From Glaucostegus cemiculus (taxonomy: Eukaryota): 64,000 bases of DNA. Position numbers and translations under genes: made by a program. Location: contig CDPCPM010000736.1 of the NCBI GenBank assembly GCA_976551045.1, forward strand, positions 434,001-498,000, given 5' to 3'. The notes beneath the pieces are model-generated. The model worked only from the letters and a program-made list of their open reading frames with translations. It was not told the DNA's origin and ran no database searches. Shown piece after piece: positions 37,301 to 49,339 of the stretch (positions are counted from its first letter, which is position 1; every line of letters starts with the position of its first letter).

Positions 37301-40300
37301 TCAATATGTTTCCGTGAGTTGGAGATGAAGGTTTAGGGACATCAAACTTTTTTTTTTGTTAGATGTCTTTCTTTGTGGTGTTCGGTGGCTTCGCAGTTTC
37401 CTGTACCCCCTCTTGTGTGTATGTGTGTGTATCTGTGTAATATATTTATGGAACAAACAACATAGAACAGTAAGAAATAAATTATTAACTCATTAGGTTG
37501 ACTATTAGCGTTTTGTTTTACAAATATGACGGTGCTGAAAATCTGAAATGAAATCGGTAAGGAATGTACATAGACTAGGAATCCTGCCGCGAGTAACTCA
37601 TCTCCTAACATTAGGGGTTTGAGAAGATCTGGTATGTCAACAGAGACTCTTCCAAATTTCTGTAGATGTACAGTGAAGAGCATGCTGACTGGTTGCATCA
37701 CCGCCTGGTATGGAGGCTCCAATGTGAAGGATCGAAAGAGGCTGCAGAGGGTTGCAGACTCGGCCAGCTCCATCACGGGCACAACCCACCCCGCCATCTA
37801 GGACATCTTCAAGAGGCTGTTCCTCAAGAAGGGTCATTAAGGACCCTCACCATTCGGGACGTACCCACTTCTCGTTAGTAAATCGGGGAGGAGGTATAGG
37901 AGCCTGAAGACCCACACTCAATGATTTAGGAACAATTTCTTCCTCTCTGCCATCAGATTTCTGCACGGCCCATTAACACGTGAACACTATCTCTTNNNNN
38001 NNNNNNNNNNNNNNNNNNNNNNNNNNNNNNNNNNNNNNNNNNNNNNNNNNNNNNNNNNNNNNNNNNNNNNNNNNNNNNNNNNNNNNNNNNNNNNNNNNNN
38101 NNNNNNNNNNNNNNNNNNNNNNNNNNNNNTCTATTCGTCCATTTATTTATTTGTTGTAAACTATAGTAATTATTATGTCTTGGCACTGTACTGCGGCCTC
38201 AAAACAACAAGTCTCACGACATACGTCAGTGATAATAAACCTGACCATCCAGGACACAGCAGCCCGTTTGATGGGCACCCCATCCACAATCATTCACGCG
38301 CTCCACCACGGATGCACAGTAGCAGCAGTTCGTACTATCTGCAGGATGCACTGCAGCAACTCATTAAGACTATTCAGACAGCACCTTCCAAAGTCACTGC
38401 CTTCTACCAGCTGGAAGGACAAGGGCAGCAAAAACATGGGGAGCACTACTACGTGGAAGTTGCCCTGAAAACCACACACCATCTTGACTTGGAAATATAT
38501 CACTGTTCCTTCACCGTCGCTGGGTCACTGTCCTGGAACTCCCTCCCTAACAGCAGTGTGGGTCGACCCCCCACCTCAAGGACTGCAGCGGTTCAAGAAG
38601 GCAGCTCACCACCACCTTCTCCAGGACAACTAGGGATGAACAATGCGGACTCAGCCGCGAAACCCACATCCCTTGAATAAAATAAACGTTTTATTTTTCT
38701 GACAGAGTTTCATGGAATATGAGGTGTTCTTACTGGTTCAACAGTAAGGTTGAAAGCATATTGGTCTGTAACTAGATAGGGTAAAAAGGAGATTTTCGCG
38801 GATGCTACCATGGCTACAGCATTTTAGTAATGAAGAATAGCTAGGGTTATTTATTTGGGAACGGAGAAGACTGCAAAAAAAGTTTATTGAAATGTAGAAT
38901 TATCTTGGTTATACATGGGTTACACGGGGAGGGTTTATTTTCCGTAGCTTAATGAGACAAAGGCCGGGGAACGTGGTCTTAAAGTAGGTGGAAGATTAGA
39001 GGCGCGATTAGGAAAAACATTTTCTCCTGGGGCGTACAGGAGGTTTTGAGAGTGACTGTCAGGCAGGAGGGTCGAGGCAGGAGCGTCCTCAACAAACTGA
39101 GAAATGTCTGGACGTGCGCTTGAAGAGCCGCGACCTACTACCGGACTGCAAACATGGGATTAGGGTGGGAAGTTATTTTTGTAAACCGGCACTTCTAGGC
39201 CAGGGTTTTATAGGCGTTGTGTATTTTTTGTTCTATGAAATGTTTAATCATATTGTCTTACGATATGGAAGGAAGCGAAAGAAAATATGAAATGTGAAAG
39301 AACGTTTCATAAGATCAACGAATACGACAAAGAAGACGGACATTCGGGCTATCGAGTCCATGCCAGCTCTCAGAACAATCCCATCCAACCACTTACTTCG
39401 CTGTAACATATCCTCTCTCACACGCCCAATAACCTCAGCCCCTTCCCGAGGCATAATCTACAGTGACTAATTAACCTACCATGTCTTCGGGATGTCGGGG
39501 AAACCGGAGCACCCGGGAGAAATCCACGTGGTCAGAGGGAGAACGGATGAACTCCGCACAGACAGCGCTGGAGGTCAGGATTGAACCCAAAATCGCTCGA
39601 GACAGCAGCACTAACTGCTGCACCACTGTGTCTCCCTCGCTTGTCTCCCTCTGACCTTCCCTCTTCCCTCGTCTGTGCCTGGCGAGACCTTGAGTTCATC
39701 AGTTTCGCCCTGGTGAGTGTGTTTTAAAATCCCCAAGAAGAAAGCGGTCAAAGGTGGTCATGCATTGTTGCTGATCTCACGCACTTATACCGTTGTAGCA
39801 GTACCTAATGTGCTTGACCTGAAATTCCAATTCGATGCACATTTCATGCCCAATTGACAGTCACAACAAGACTGACGATTCCTCTCACAAGAAACATCCT
39901 CTGTGGACTGCTTATCTCCGCGCCTTTGTTCTGCTGCGTTTTACCCGGCGGGAAACGAATCAGATGGGAACAGTTTCACGCCTCGTCGCGTTATTCTTTG
40001 TCGGTTACCTCCATCGGAACGTGAAATCCCGCCGTGTGACGGACGTCACCGTCGGGTTCTCGGGCATAGTCCCGGGTTAAAGTTCCACCGGGTGATTACA
40101 GGCTGGGTTAGCTTGTCATTATCACTGAAGCTACAAACATCAGCCAACGATGGAAATTCCCATTGAAATACAATACCACCCCGACTCTCTATAGCTTTTT
40201 TTTTAAAAGAAAAACTGGGGGTAGGTGGTTGGGAGGATTGAATCAGGAGGTAAGATAATGTAAACTTACGCTTCACTGTGACTTCTGTCCCTTCTCCAGA

Positions 40301-43300
40301 AATCGTTTCACCGTTGAAAATGTTAATCTGGCAGTAATATCTGCCCGTTTCATTTAGTTTCAGGTCGGTGATGGTGATGGAAGTCCATGCCCACCGAAGC
40401 TCTGCAGTATAATTTTTCAGAAAGCGGCCATTGCAGTCTGCGGATGTGCTGCAAAGTGGAGTCCTTTCCTTGCCTTTGTACCAGCTGATGGCAGAAGGTG
40501 GTTTGCCTTCTGGTTGCGTTGAGTTCCATCTGAAGGAACAGTTCAGTTGAACCGAGCCACCCTCGGTAACTGTGACCCGCGGCGGCGTCTGGTTGATTGT
40601 TACTCCGGCCCCGGCAGTTCCTGTAACCAGAAACAACCTCCTTCATGACACTGTCACAATTTGGTGATTGTGCCTTCAGCAATAAACTGCGGGGGAAAAA
40701 AAAACCTTCTGCACTGGTTCAAAAAGGAAAGGACTTGCCTGCGAAGAACAGGGTAAAGATCAAGTTACCTTGACCATCTTCTATATAAGGGACACAAACA
40801 AGAGGCAATAAATCTATACTTTTAGTTTGGCTGCAAACTTTCCCTGACACACTGAGTGCCTTCAATACTATTTATCTTTAACTCGACTTTCGACTCTAGA
40901 CAAGAGTATGGTTTTGCGCTCAGTCAGCCTCTTTTCTCCGCTTTCCCATAGGGCAGAAGATACAAAAGCCTGAAAGTACGTACCACCAGACTCAAGGACA
41001 GCTTCTATCCCGGTTATAAGACTATTGAACGGTTCTCTAGTACGATAAGATGGACTCTTGACCTCACAATCTACCTCGTCATGGCCCTTGCACCTTATTG
41101 TCTACCTGCATTGCACTTTCTCTGTAGATGTTACACTTTATTCTGCATTCTGTTATTGTTTAACGTGTACTACCTCGATGCACTGTGTTAATCTGTATGA
41201 ATGGTAGAAAAAATGAACTGTTCACTTCTCCTCGGTACATATGACAATAATAAACCAATTCCAATTCCAACTGCAATTAAAGTGGTTCATGCGGATGCCT
41301 TGGGAGTGTAAAGTTATGAAACATCCACAAGCTACTTCCTTCTGCAAAGAGACCAACACCTAGAAGGCACAGATTTAAGGTAACTGCCGGCAGATTAATT
41401 CTGGAACTCATTGCCTGAAATGAAGTTGGAGACACAAATACTCACAACGTCGAAAAGTTTTCGAGATTGATAACCGGGACAGCGTTCGAGAGAGGTTGGG
41501 GAAATAACTCGTTTATGGCGGCGTGGGCAAGAAAGAACGACTAGTCCCCTTCATCATAAGCGAAGAGCTAGACAGCACAGAAACCGGCCTTTCGGCCCAC
41601 CACGTCCATGCGGACCATGAGTTACCCATCTACGTTAATTCCATACATTGGTGCCGTAAATACATACCTTTCCTTGATTACTGAAGCTAAATGGCCAGAT
41701 CGATTTTAATTCGGAATGAAAGATAAATTCTCACTTGCTCCTGCTGTCTCTGTCCCCATGGGGAGAAGTAGAGGTTTGTGATTATGCCTCTTCTTCGACG
41801 AGCAGCCACACCAACCCGGCTGCTATCTCTTACTTCGCAGCTTTCTTTTTATGTTTAACTCATTTTTTCTCCTGCTTAAAGTTAAGTATTTACTATTATC
41901 AAACTAAATCATAATATTTTATATTTCTTCATAGCATTTCACCGAGGTGTGTACACCAGCGCAGAGCCATGGGTACCACACTGAGACAGTCGCGCAGTCA
42001 GTAGAACTGCTGTCTCACAGCTACGGCGAAGCGGGTTTGACCGTGACCTCCGCAGCTGTCTGTGCGGAGTTCGCATGTTCTCCCACATCCCAAGGACGTT
42101 CAGGGAGGTTATTTGTCCGATAATTTGCTCCTAGTGGGGTTGGGCGGCAGCAGTGTCAGGGAGAGTTGATGGGCGTGTTAAAGAGAATAGGTTGAGATGA
42201 AATAAGAGGGAGAATGGGACTGGCGAGTATGAACTGAGAGACGGGATGTATATCCTGCCTTCCTCGTATGTGGGAAGAAACAATATGAAGCCAGCAAGCC
42301 TTTCAATCATGATTTCAATTTGCCGGGAAATATAGCAATAAATGTAAATATACATATATCCTTGAAACAGTTGCTCATGGAAGAGCATGGTTTGTGGAGA
42401 GAGATTTTTCTCCAATTTTTTTCGCTGAATTGACGTCATCGTTGACACTTGCGAGCTAGACTGGACGAGTCAGTATGTGCACGTTTCTCTTCATTTTATG
42501 TTTCGGTAGGGATGCCGAGTCACTATGGAAGTCTTTGTGACAATGTTGGATGCGCAACGCCAGTTGTTTTCAACAAAGAACAAGGCCGTGCGGCTACCTG
42601 GGGTGGTTGCTGTCGAAAGGTTTGCTGGCTTCATACATTTGTAGTCACATAGAAAGAAGCCAGCATCTACATTCACTTATCAGCTCACAGCACCAGTTCC
42701 ATTCTCCCTTTGCAGGTAATAGATATTTAATCACTAAAAGGAGCAGGAAGGTGCGTGAAGAGGCTCTGAAAAGCCCAGANNNNNNNNNNNNNNNNNNNNN
42801 NNNNNNNNNNNNNNNNNNNNNNNNNNNNNNNNNNNNNNNNNNNNNNNNNNNNNNNNNNNNNNNNNNNNNNNNNNNNNNNNNNNNNNNNNNNNNNNNNNNN
42901 NNNNNNNNNNNNNNNNNNNNNNNNNNNNNNNNNNNNNNNNNNNNNNNNNNNNNNNNNNNNNNNNNNNNNNNNNNNNNNNNNNNNNNNNNNNNNNNNNNNN
43001 NNNNNNNNNNNNNNNNNNNNNNNNNNNNNNNNNNNNNNNNNNNNNNNNNNNNNNNNNNNNNNNNNNNNNNNNNNNNNNNNNNNNNNNNNNNNNNNNNNNN
43101 NNNNNNNNNNNNNNNNNNNNNNNNNNNNNNNNNNNNNNNNNNNNNNNNNNNNNNNNNNNNNNNNNNNNNNNNNNNNNNNNNNNNNNNNNNNNNNNNNNNN
43201 NNNNNNNNNNNNNNNNNNNNNNNNNNNNNNNNNNNNNNNNNNNNNNNNNNNNNNNNNNNNNNNNNNNNNNNNNNNNNNNNNNNNNNNNNNNNNNNNNNNN

Positions 43301-43468
43301 NNNNNNNNNNNNNNNNNNNNNNNNNNNNNNNNNNNNNNNNNNNNNNNNNNNNNNNNNNNNNNNNNNNNNNNNNNNNNTGTCTCTGTGTGTGTCGGTCTAT
43401 GTGAATCCCTATGTGTATTACTTACCAGCCAACAACAGCGATACCCAAACGACCACCTCGCTCAGCAT
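31088..43468 (-). CDS. Gene C (spliced span): NKp30-like VJ IgSF inhibitory receptor with two ITIMs
   Basis: Leader 43468-43426, V 40620-40270, TM 37020-36883, micro-exon(s) 36279-36221 and/or 35922-35891/35896, terminal exon 31378-31088. Confidence 0.82.
31490..35580 (-). mobile_element. Near-full-length degraded CR1 LINE (ORF1 esterase, ORF2 endonuclease + RT) in the last intron of gene C
   Basis: Ordered fragments IGDSLVRGTDRR, VCCLPG..VVHTGIND (SGNH ORF1), CFYLNVRSI, VGDFNFP (endonuclease), DSQHGF..SCLTNL, TSGVLQGSVL, LYKTLVRPTLEYCVQ (RT); frameshifted. Confidence 0.9.
33650..33866 (-). mobile_element. Young V-SINE inserted into the CR1
   Basis: Near-identical to 48512-48735; interrupts CR1 ORF2. 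Confidence 0.8.
35765..35860 (-). mobile_element. Penelope-derived repeat with mutated minimal hammerhead motif
   Basis: Minus strand CTGGTGA-AGGATCTTCGGCCC-GAAA-TGTTAGC, then gctgcctgacctgctgagt. Confidence 0.6.
35891..35922 (-). CDS. Gene C candidate cytoplasmic micro-exon (32 nt, or 27 nt with the internal donor at 35895)
   Basis: tattatag|ATAAAAGATCCGGAACTGAAGACGTCG|GTAGG|gtaagt; both donor choices can restore phase 0 for the last exon. Confidence 0.55.
36221..36279 (-). CDS. Gene C candidate cytoplasmic exon (G)SERSRCRGLQAGEERRNYK
   Basis: ttagcttacag|GC ... ACAAG|gtactt; 59 nt, phase 1 to 0, open, purine-rich. Confidence 0.55.
36590..36843 (+). mobile_element. LF-SINE-like element (related copies near 21430-21660, 49150-49330, 52790-53030)
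   Basis: tggttcactaacgctcttcggtgaaggaaat..cacatcccatgaa pattern, recognised from memory. Confidence 0.5.
36883..37020 (-). CDS. Gene C stalk/TM exon (R)HEDPGVILDPIHSNVYPVGFLALPAVVLMLAPVVIIYILRRCRSP(G)
   Basis: ttcttggcag|GG ... CCAG|gtaatt; 138 nt phase 1-1. Uncharged TM followed by the basic stop-transfer RRCR. Confidence 0.88.
37610..38240 (+). mobile_element. Rex1/Babar-type LINE 3' fragment spanning an assembly gap (37996-38129)
   Basis: NFCRCTVKSMLTGCITAWYG..DRKRLQRV. Confidence 0.8.
38240..38685 (+). mobile_element. CR1/L2-clade LINE 3' fragment
   Basis: TIQDTAARLMGTPS..HALHH..TVAAVRTICRMHCSNS, WNSLP; tail cccacatcccttgaataaaataaa. Confidence 0.75.
39310..39632 (-). mobile_element. 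V-SINE copy
   Basis: ggaaaccggagcacccgggagaaa core on the plus strand. Confidence 0.7.
40270..40620 (-). CDS. Gene C V exon (VJ-type Ig V-set domain)
   Basis: ctggttacag|GA ... AAGC|gtaagt; 351 nt. Motifs LNC..WYK..ETGRYYC..SGEGTEVTV; extra Cys pair CSTSADC. Confidence 0.92.
40925..41270 (+). mobile_element. Rex1/Babar-type LINE 3' end
   Basis: GRRYKSLKVRTTRLKDSFYP followed by a 3' UTR and (CCAATT)n tail. Confidence 0.75.
42780..43377. other. Assembly gap (598 N) in gene C leader-V intron
   Basis: N run. Confidence 1.
43426..43468 (-). CDS. Gene C leader exon MLSEVVVWVSLLLA(G)
   Basis: gaaccATG start, 43 nt, donor GCTG|gtaagt, preceded by an acceptor-like ttttatacag. Confidence 0.85.
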
Positions 43469-43927
43469 GGTTCACCGGCGGCCTGTATAAAAAGACAGAA
43501 GCAATTGTTCAACATTTTGTTAGACAGCAATTCAAATTATTACAGTGTGTGATGCAGTTGAATTTCGCTCTCCGTCATTCCTTCTGGTTGGCGGCGGTTA
43601 CATCTTGGCGACCTTGAGAGGAATAATCCATCATTTGTTTCATACGGCGGAGTTTAATAATTTAGCTCCAAGATTAACAGAAAACGCGCTGCTCATTGCA
43701 GTTCTTCAAGCACCACCTCCCATCCGGAAGGAAAGTCTTTGGTTATCTCCGGAATGGATACATTACAGCCTCCCTTACCACAGTGAATAAAAGAATAATA
43801 CTCCGAAAGACAAACTTCTGATTTCTCTGCTAAAATCTGAACACATTTTCGCATATTTACTGTGATATTTTTGCATTTAATTCGAAGAAGAATATTTGAA
43901 GAGACTCACAGCTAAGAAGAATCTCAC

Positions 43928-44110
43928 CTGAACACCAGAGTAACAGAGACATTGGTAAATTTCTTTTCAACTTTTAATTGCCTATATTTTAGAGTTGTTG
44001 TTTTGCAATACTCACCGCAGTTACAGCTGGGCTAGAAGGTCACATCGAAAGGCACTCCATCAGTCATCCGATCTCAGGCAACACGATACTAACCAGTGAG
44101 TGATCTTCGT
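43928..44110 (-). other. Candidate 5' untranslated first exon(s) of gene C
   Basis: Two good donors on the minus strand (CAG|gtgaga at 43927, GCG|gtgagt at 44015) upstream of a leader exon that has its own acceptor. The ATGs here give only short uORFs. Confidence 0.35.
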
Positions 44111-47100
44111 GTGTTTGATAAGACGTCTCGTGCGTCATATCCGGTTACATTACTCAGTCCTTGTAAGACAAAGCAACGTGAAATCAGGTCCTAGCCCATT
44201 AACGACCTGCAATGCACACAGGCACCTCTCAAGCCTGAAGGCCTTCTGATATGCATGGCATTTTCTCCATCGGAATATGCTTTAAGATTTGCAGATGAAA
44301 GAGAATATTTTCGCAAATACAACTTCAGGGGCGCGAAGTGCCTCAGCCCCAGCACCAGGGCATCTCTCCACAACTCCTTAAATTTAATACCGTGGGTCCA
44401 ACCATTATCAGCTGCATCATCAATTTAGAAGTAGGAGCAGTGAGGGGTGATTGGAAAGTTTCAAGCTTCAACTACTCTGATATTGCAATAATCCTTGTCC
44501 TCAGATTGCAAGACATAGACAACTTTCATTGCTCACGAGCTGATTTGAAAGTAATAGCAAAGCTACCTTCCTTCAACTTGTTCGTACTTGGAAGGACTCT
44601 ATTCGCAAATCATAGTGAAGGTACCTTCCTTCACCTTGCTGATACTTGCAAGTAGACGAGGAGATGAACAATTGACTCAGTTGTATCCGCTTTCCGTTTT
44701 GTGGACAATAGACCAGGGGCACCTTTCCATTTTCCGCCAATGTTTTGTATCTACTGCAACAGCTTCGCGACTGGCACCGTTATTTACGAAGCCCGAGACC
44801 CCGAGCCTATAACCCAGATGTTGTTTAGCCTCCCTAAACAGAGTTCTGCCTCCCTAAATGCCCGTCCCACTACGTTAAGTTGTAGCGAGGAAACCGAGGT
44901 CCATTTGAACATCGATATTTCCCAATCTCATCATTTCAACATATTCGGGTATTTCTGTTTTGAGCCACCGAAGTGGATAAGCGCACCTCTTCCCACATTT
45001 TACCTCCTCCACATTGCTGCTTAGTGATTATTCATATTTATATCCACTTAGCCTCTGTGCGCGCTCCCACTTAGTTTTGTATCATCAGCAGATTTAGGTG
45101 CATTACATTTGACCCTTCGACCAATCCGCAGATATATGAGATAATTAATCCTACAGTTCTCACCTCCTATCGCCGAATGTTGTTGCTCTTTCATTAAAAG
45201 CCGCTGATGTGGTAAAGCGGTGCTGCAGATAGTGCAACTATCCCACAGCAATCAGTCGGATTCGATCCTGACCTCCGGCGCTGTTGGTGTAGATGCTGAA
45301 CATTCTTCCCGTGACTGCCTTGCTTTCACCCAACTGCTCTGGTTTCCTCCCACATCCCAAAGTCGTGCTGGCGGTAGGCATACCTGCGATATGAGTATGT
45401 AGTACCAAATTCGGAGCTGCGGTGTAAATGAGAGAGAATAGTTCGTGGGGAAACAAGTGCGTAAAGGGATTGCTCTGAGAACCGGCATAGATTTGAAGGG
45501 CCGAATAACGTATTCTACGTCTTAATGAAACATGAAGCCCTGATTTGTATAGTTCCTTACCTAATCCAGTCTTTCCTCCAATGTTAAGACATTTCCTAAA
45601 ACCCACTTTATTTACCACGCCCGATTAGCCTTAAAAATCTGCTTACCTGTCTACTGTGAAATGCCTTGGTAGAGTTTTGCCACGATAAAGGCGGTATACA
45701 AATGTAACTGTTGCACTGCCGCGTTCTCTGTGGCAGGATCGCACGTCTGCCATCTGGTGGCAATAAAACATGGCAGTCGCCTTAATGTTTACAACCAACT
45801 TCTTGTCCCGAATTATGCTCAAGTACAAAGGAATAGTAAATAAACAAAGTTCACTCTAACAACAATGTTGTCCACTGAACACTGAGATTGTTTGTAAGTA
45901 AGAAAGTATTATTCTAAATGCTCAGAGGATATGTGGGCTTCTAAGAAATGAACAAAGTTTTGAGTTTGTCAGTGGATTCCCAGATCAAAATGGTTTTAGC
46001 AATGGTTTAAAATCGGCTATGTCGGAATGGCTGGAGTCTGTGCACTGGAGCTCAGCAGTATGAGGGGTGATTCTGAAAGGGGTTGATATGGTAGGTAGGA
46101 GAATCAGTTTCTCGGGGTGAAGAACTTAATCTAGTAGGAACGGTCTCTGGATACTCTGGATAAAATGGGAAGGGCTGTCTTTACTGCGAGCGTGGTAAAC
46201 CTTTGTATTTCTTTACCCTACAGAGCTGTAGTTGCTCGGTCGTCAACTGTATGCATCCCTCTTTCTTGCCCTTATTAATTTTCTCCTCCGTACGTCATCA
46301 TTAATACCACAGAATGGTTAATGTACTTATAGACACATGCCCCCCCCCCCAGTTGAACTCGTTACAAGACATTGGTTGCTCCCAACATACTGCCACTAAC
46401 TTTTAGCCAATGAATAAAGCTCTCCGCAGTTTGAAGCCTTGCTGGGTGGCTGCAGAATTTCTGTATTTTAACCAATTGGGCACAAAGTTAAAAAAAAAGG
46501 GTGGGGGCATATTTCTTCTTGGGAATTAGATACTTTTCTGTGTAATATGCAAGGGGTTGGATTTCTGCACCAATATAATGTTTTGTGTCATGTTGCATGT
46601 CTTGCTTGCAATTAAACTATGCCAAGTTGTGCATTTGGAAGAGCATACGCAAAATGAGCAGGATTCGGCCTTCCCGCCCCTCGATCCAGTCCCACCATTC
46701 AACCGGACCGTGGCTGAACTTTTACCTCTTCCCCTTCTATAAGTTTTCTTTTAATTTAGAGAAACGGAGCTGACGACATTATATTGTTCTATTTCTATTG
46801 AAAATTTTAGCCCAGTGTTTTTTCTTCCTTGTTTTGTTTCTTTTTCTTTTTTTTTAAATTCATTTTCGGTTTAATTTACTCTATATTATTATGATTTTTT
46901 TAAATTGATTTGGGGTTTTTGTTTTTTTTTCTAATTATATAACAAATCTTTTTATTTTCTATCTTTTACATTACACTTATGAACCGAGAGATTGTTGGAA
47001 CTATTTCTTTTATATATATCATACTTTATTGCTTTTTTTATGATTACCTACGATTTACTTGATACTTCTAGAATACATGTGTAAACATTGTTGTTATATA

Positions 47101-48511
47101 TCTTAACCTGTAATGATTTGTTATCAATAAAAAAGATTGAAAAAGAAAAGAACTTTTACCTCAGCCATCGTGTCCTGCGCTTTTCCATGTCCCCTAATTC
47201 CTCAGGGATCCAGAGATACATCAACCGCCGTTTTGGATCCAACCAGTGACGAAGCCTCCACAACCAGAGAATTCCAGAGATATGGTGCTCCTTTCAAGGA
47301 AGAAAGTTCCCGACACTTCAGTTCTAAAAGGCCTAACAATAGTTCGAGGCTGTGATCCCTGGATTTCTAGGCCAGGGAAACGACCTCCTTGCATCTACTC
47401 TATCGAGGCATCTCAGAGCTTTGTAAATGTCAATGCGGTCATCTAAAATCTCAAGAGGCCTGGTATATGCAGTCTATTATGATACAGTCGCCACCCAAGG
47501 GTCGGGTTGGTGAAGTTTCGCAGAAGTCCCTCTATAGCCAGTGCATCCATCATAACATCTGTAGCAGAATCATCCCAAATGAATGGTCAGAGAATTTGGA
47601 GTGAGGGTATTAAAACAGGGCATGAAGATGGATACCAAACAGACATGATGGAGGCACCGTGGCACAGTTGGCTAGAGACTTGATTTCGATCCTGACTCTG
47701 TGTGGAGTTTGCACGCTCTCACTGTAACTCTGTGGTTTGCCCCTGGGTGCTCCGGTTACCTTCCACATCCCTAAGACGAGCTGCTTGGTAACTTAATTGG
47801 ATACTGCAAACTACTCCGAATGCACATGAATGACGGGAAAATCAAGAGGACGTTGACAGGTATGTGAGACAGAATATATTGCAGGGGTATAAATTGGGGA
47901 ATGGGACGAATGGGATTACTCTGAATGCGGGCATAGACACGAATGGATGAAGGTTAAGATATCTTTATTAGTCACAAGTACTTCGAAACGCACTGTGAAA
48001 TGCATCATAACATAACACGAGGCGAGTTATCTTATGACACATGTCCTTTCAAGCAGTGGATTCCGGATCACAGCAGCAACACCCACAAGAGCTCAAGAGA
48101 ATCGGAGCAGGAGTAGCCACCAGATCCCTGAAGTCTGGCCTCGTTCAATATGACTGTGGCTGGTCTGGCCCAGGCCTCAACTCTTCTTCTGTACCAATTC
48201 TTCATAATCCCTCCATATTTCAGATATTCATCCATCCCCGTCTTAACCATCTACAATGAACTTTATTCCACACTCTCTGAGGCAGACAATGCCACAGATT
48301 CGCCAGAAATTTCTAAGTACCTCAGTTTGAAATGCCCATCCCTTTATCTTGTAACTATGTCCCCTTGTTCGTGACACTCACTAGCGAAAACATCCCAGCA
48401 TCTACTGTGTCGAGTCCCATTTGGACCTCATATGTTTGAATAAGGTCACCGCTTGTTCTTCTAAACTCCAAAAGACCCAAACTGCCTAAGCCCTCTTATA
48501 TATAAAAAAAA

Positions 48512-48735
48512 TATTTACAGCGTGGTAACAGGCCCTTTCGGCCCAACGAGTCCGCGCCGACCATTTTAAACCCCCAACTTAACCTACCCGTACGTCCTTA
48601 GAATGTGGGAGGAAACCGGAGCACCCGGAGGAAACCCACGCAGACACGGGGAGAACGTACGAACTCCTTACAGTCAGCGACGGGAATCGAACCCCGATCG
48701 CTGGCGCTGTAACAGCGTCGCGCTAACCGCTACGC
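48512..48735 (-). mobile_element. Young V-SINE inserted into a degraded CR1 (about 48090-49050)
   Basis: Near-identical to 33650-33866. Confidence 0.8.
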
Positions 48736-49339
48736 TTGATAGGAAAACCTTTTTATTCCAGAAGTTGTCCTGGTGAATCTTCTATGGACCGCCTCCAACG
48801 CTACAATATCCTTTTTAAGTAGGGGAGTCAAAACAGTTCACAATATTCCAGGTGTGGCCTCACCCCAACACCTGTAACAATTGAAACAAAACTTCTCTAT
48901 TCTTAAAAGCCAACCGATATGCTGTAAAGGCCTAAAGGTTGTTTGCCTTCTTAACTACTTTTGGGAGCTGCTGTTATCGGTTTGTGACTCATGCACTGGA
49001 ACACCTAAATCCCTCTGTACTTCCATACACCCGTATCTACTCCCTCTCTTATGAAGACCATCAGCGCTCCCATCACCATAACTCACACATCAGTGAGTTT
49101 GCAACCGTCAATTACAATCTTTCTTCCAATGTAGTTGGAAGAATGGTTATGCTAATGGATTCAAATCCCACCATGGCAGATGGTGAATTTAAATAGCAAG
49201 TTAATGTAGAAAATTGGTATGAAAGCTTGCTTTTGTCTACGTTTGTCGTAAGGGAATGAAATCTACTGGCTTTTCCTGTTGTAGGCCTGTATGTGACACC
49301 GGGGTCCTAAAATGTACCCTCTGGAAATGTTCTCTACAA

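Noticed and set aside
40274-40280. CACAGTG heptamer at the end of the gene C V exon, suggesting a recombination signal sequence
   Set aside because: It is just the codons for V-T-V in the G strand. No ACAAAAACC-like nonamer lies at 12 or 23 nt, and the V and J parts are already joined.
42431-42438. Perfect CRE palindrome TGACGTCA in the gene C intron
   Set aside because: About one such 8-mer is expected by chance in 64 kb; no supporting conservation in the paralogs.
43928-43952. MSLLLWCS(G) as the gene C leader
   Set aside because: Too short for a signal peptide, and spliced to the real leader exon it hits a stop; treated as a uORF or UTR exon.
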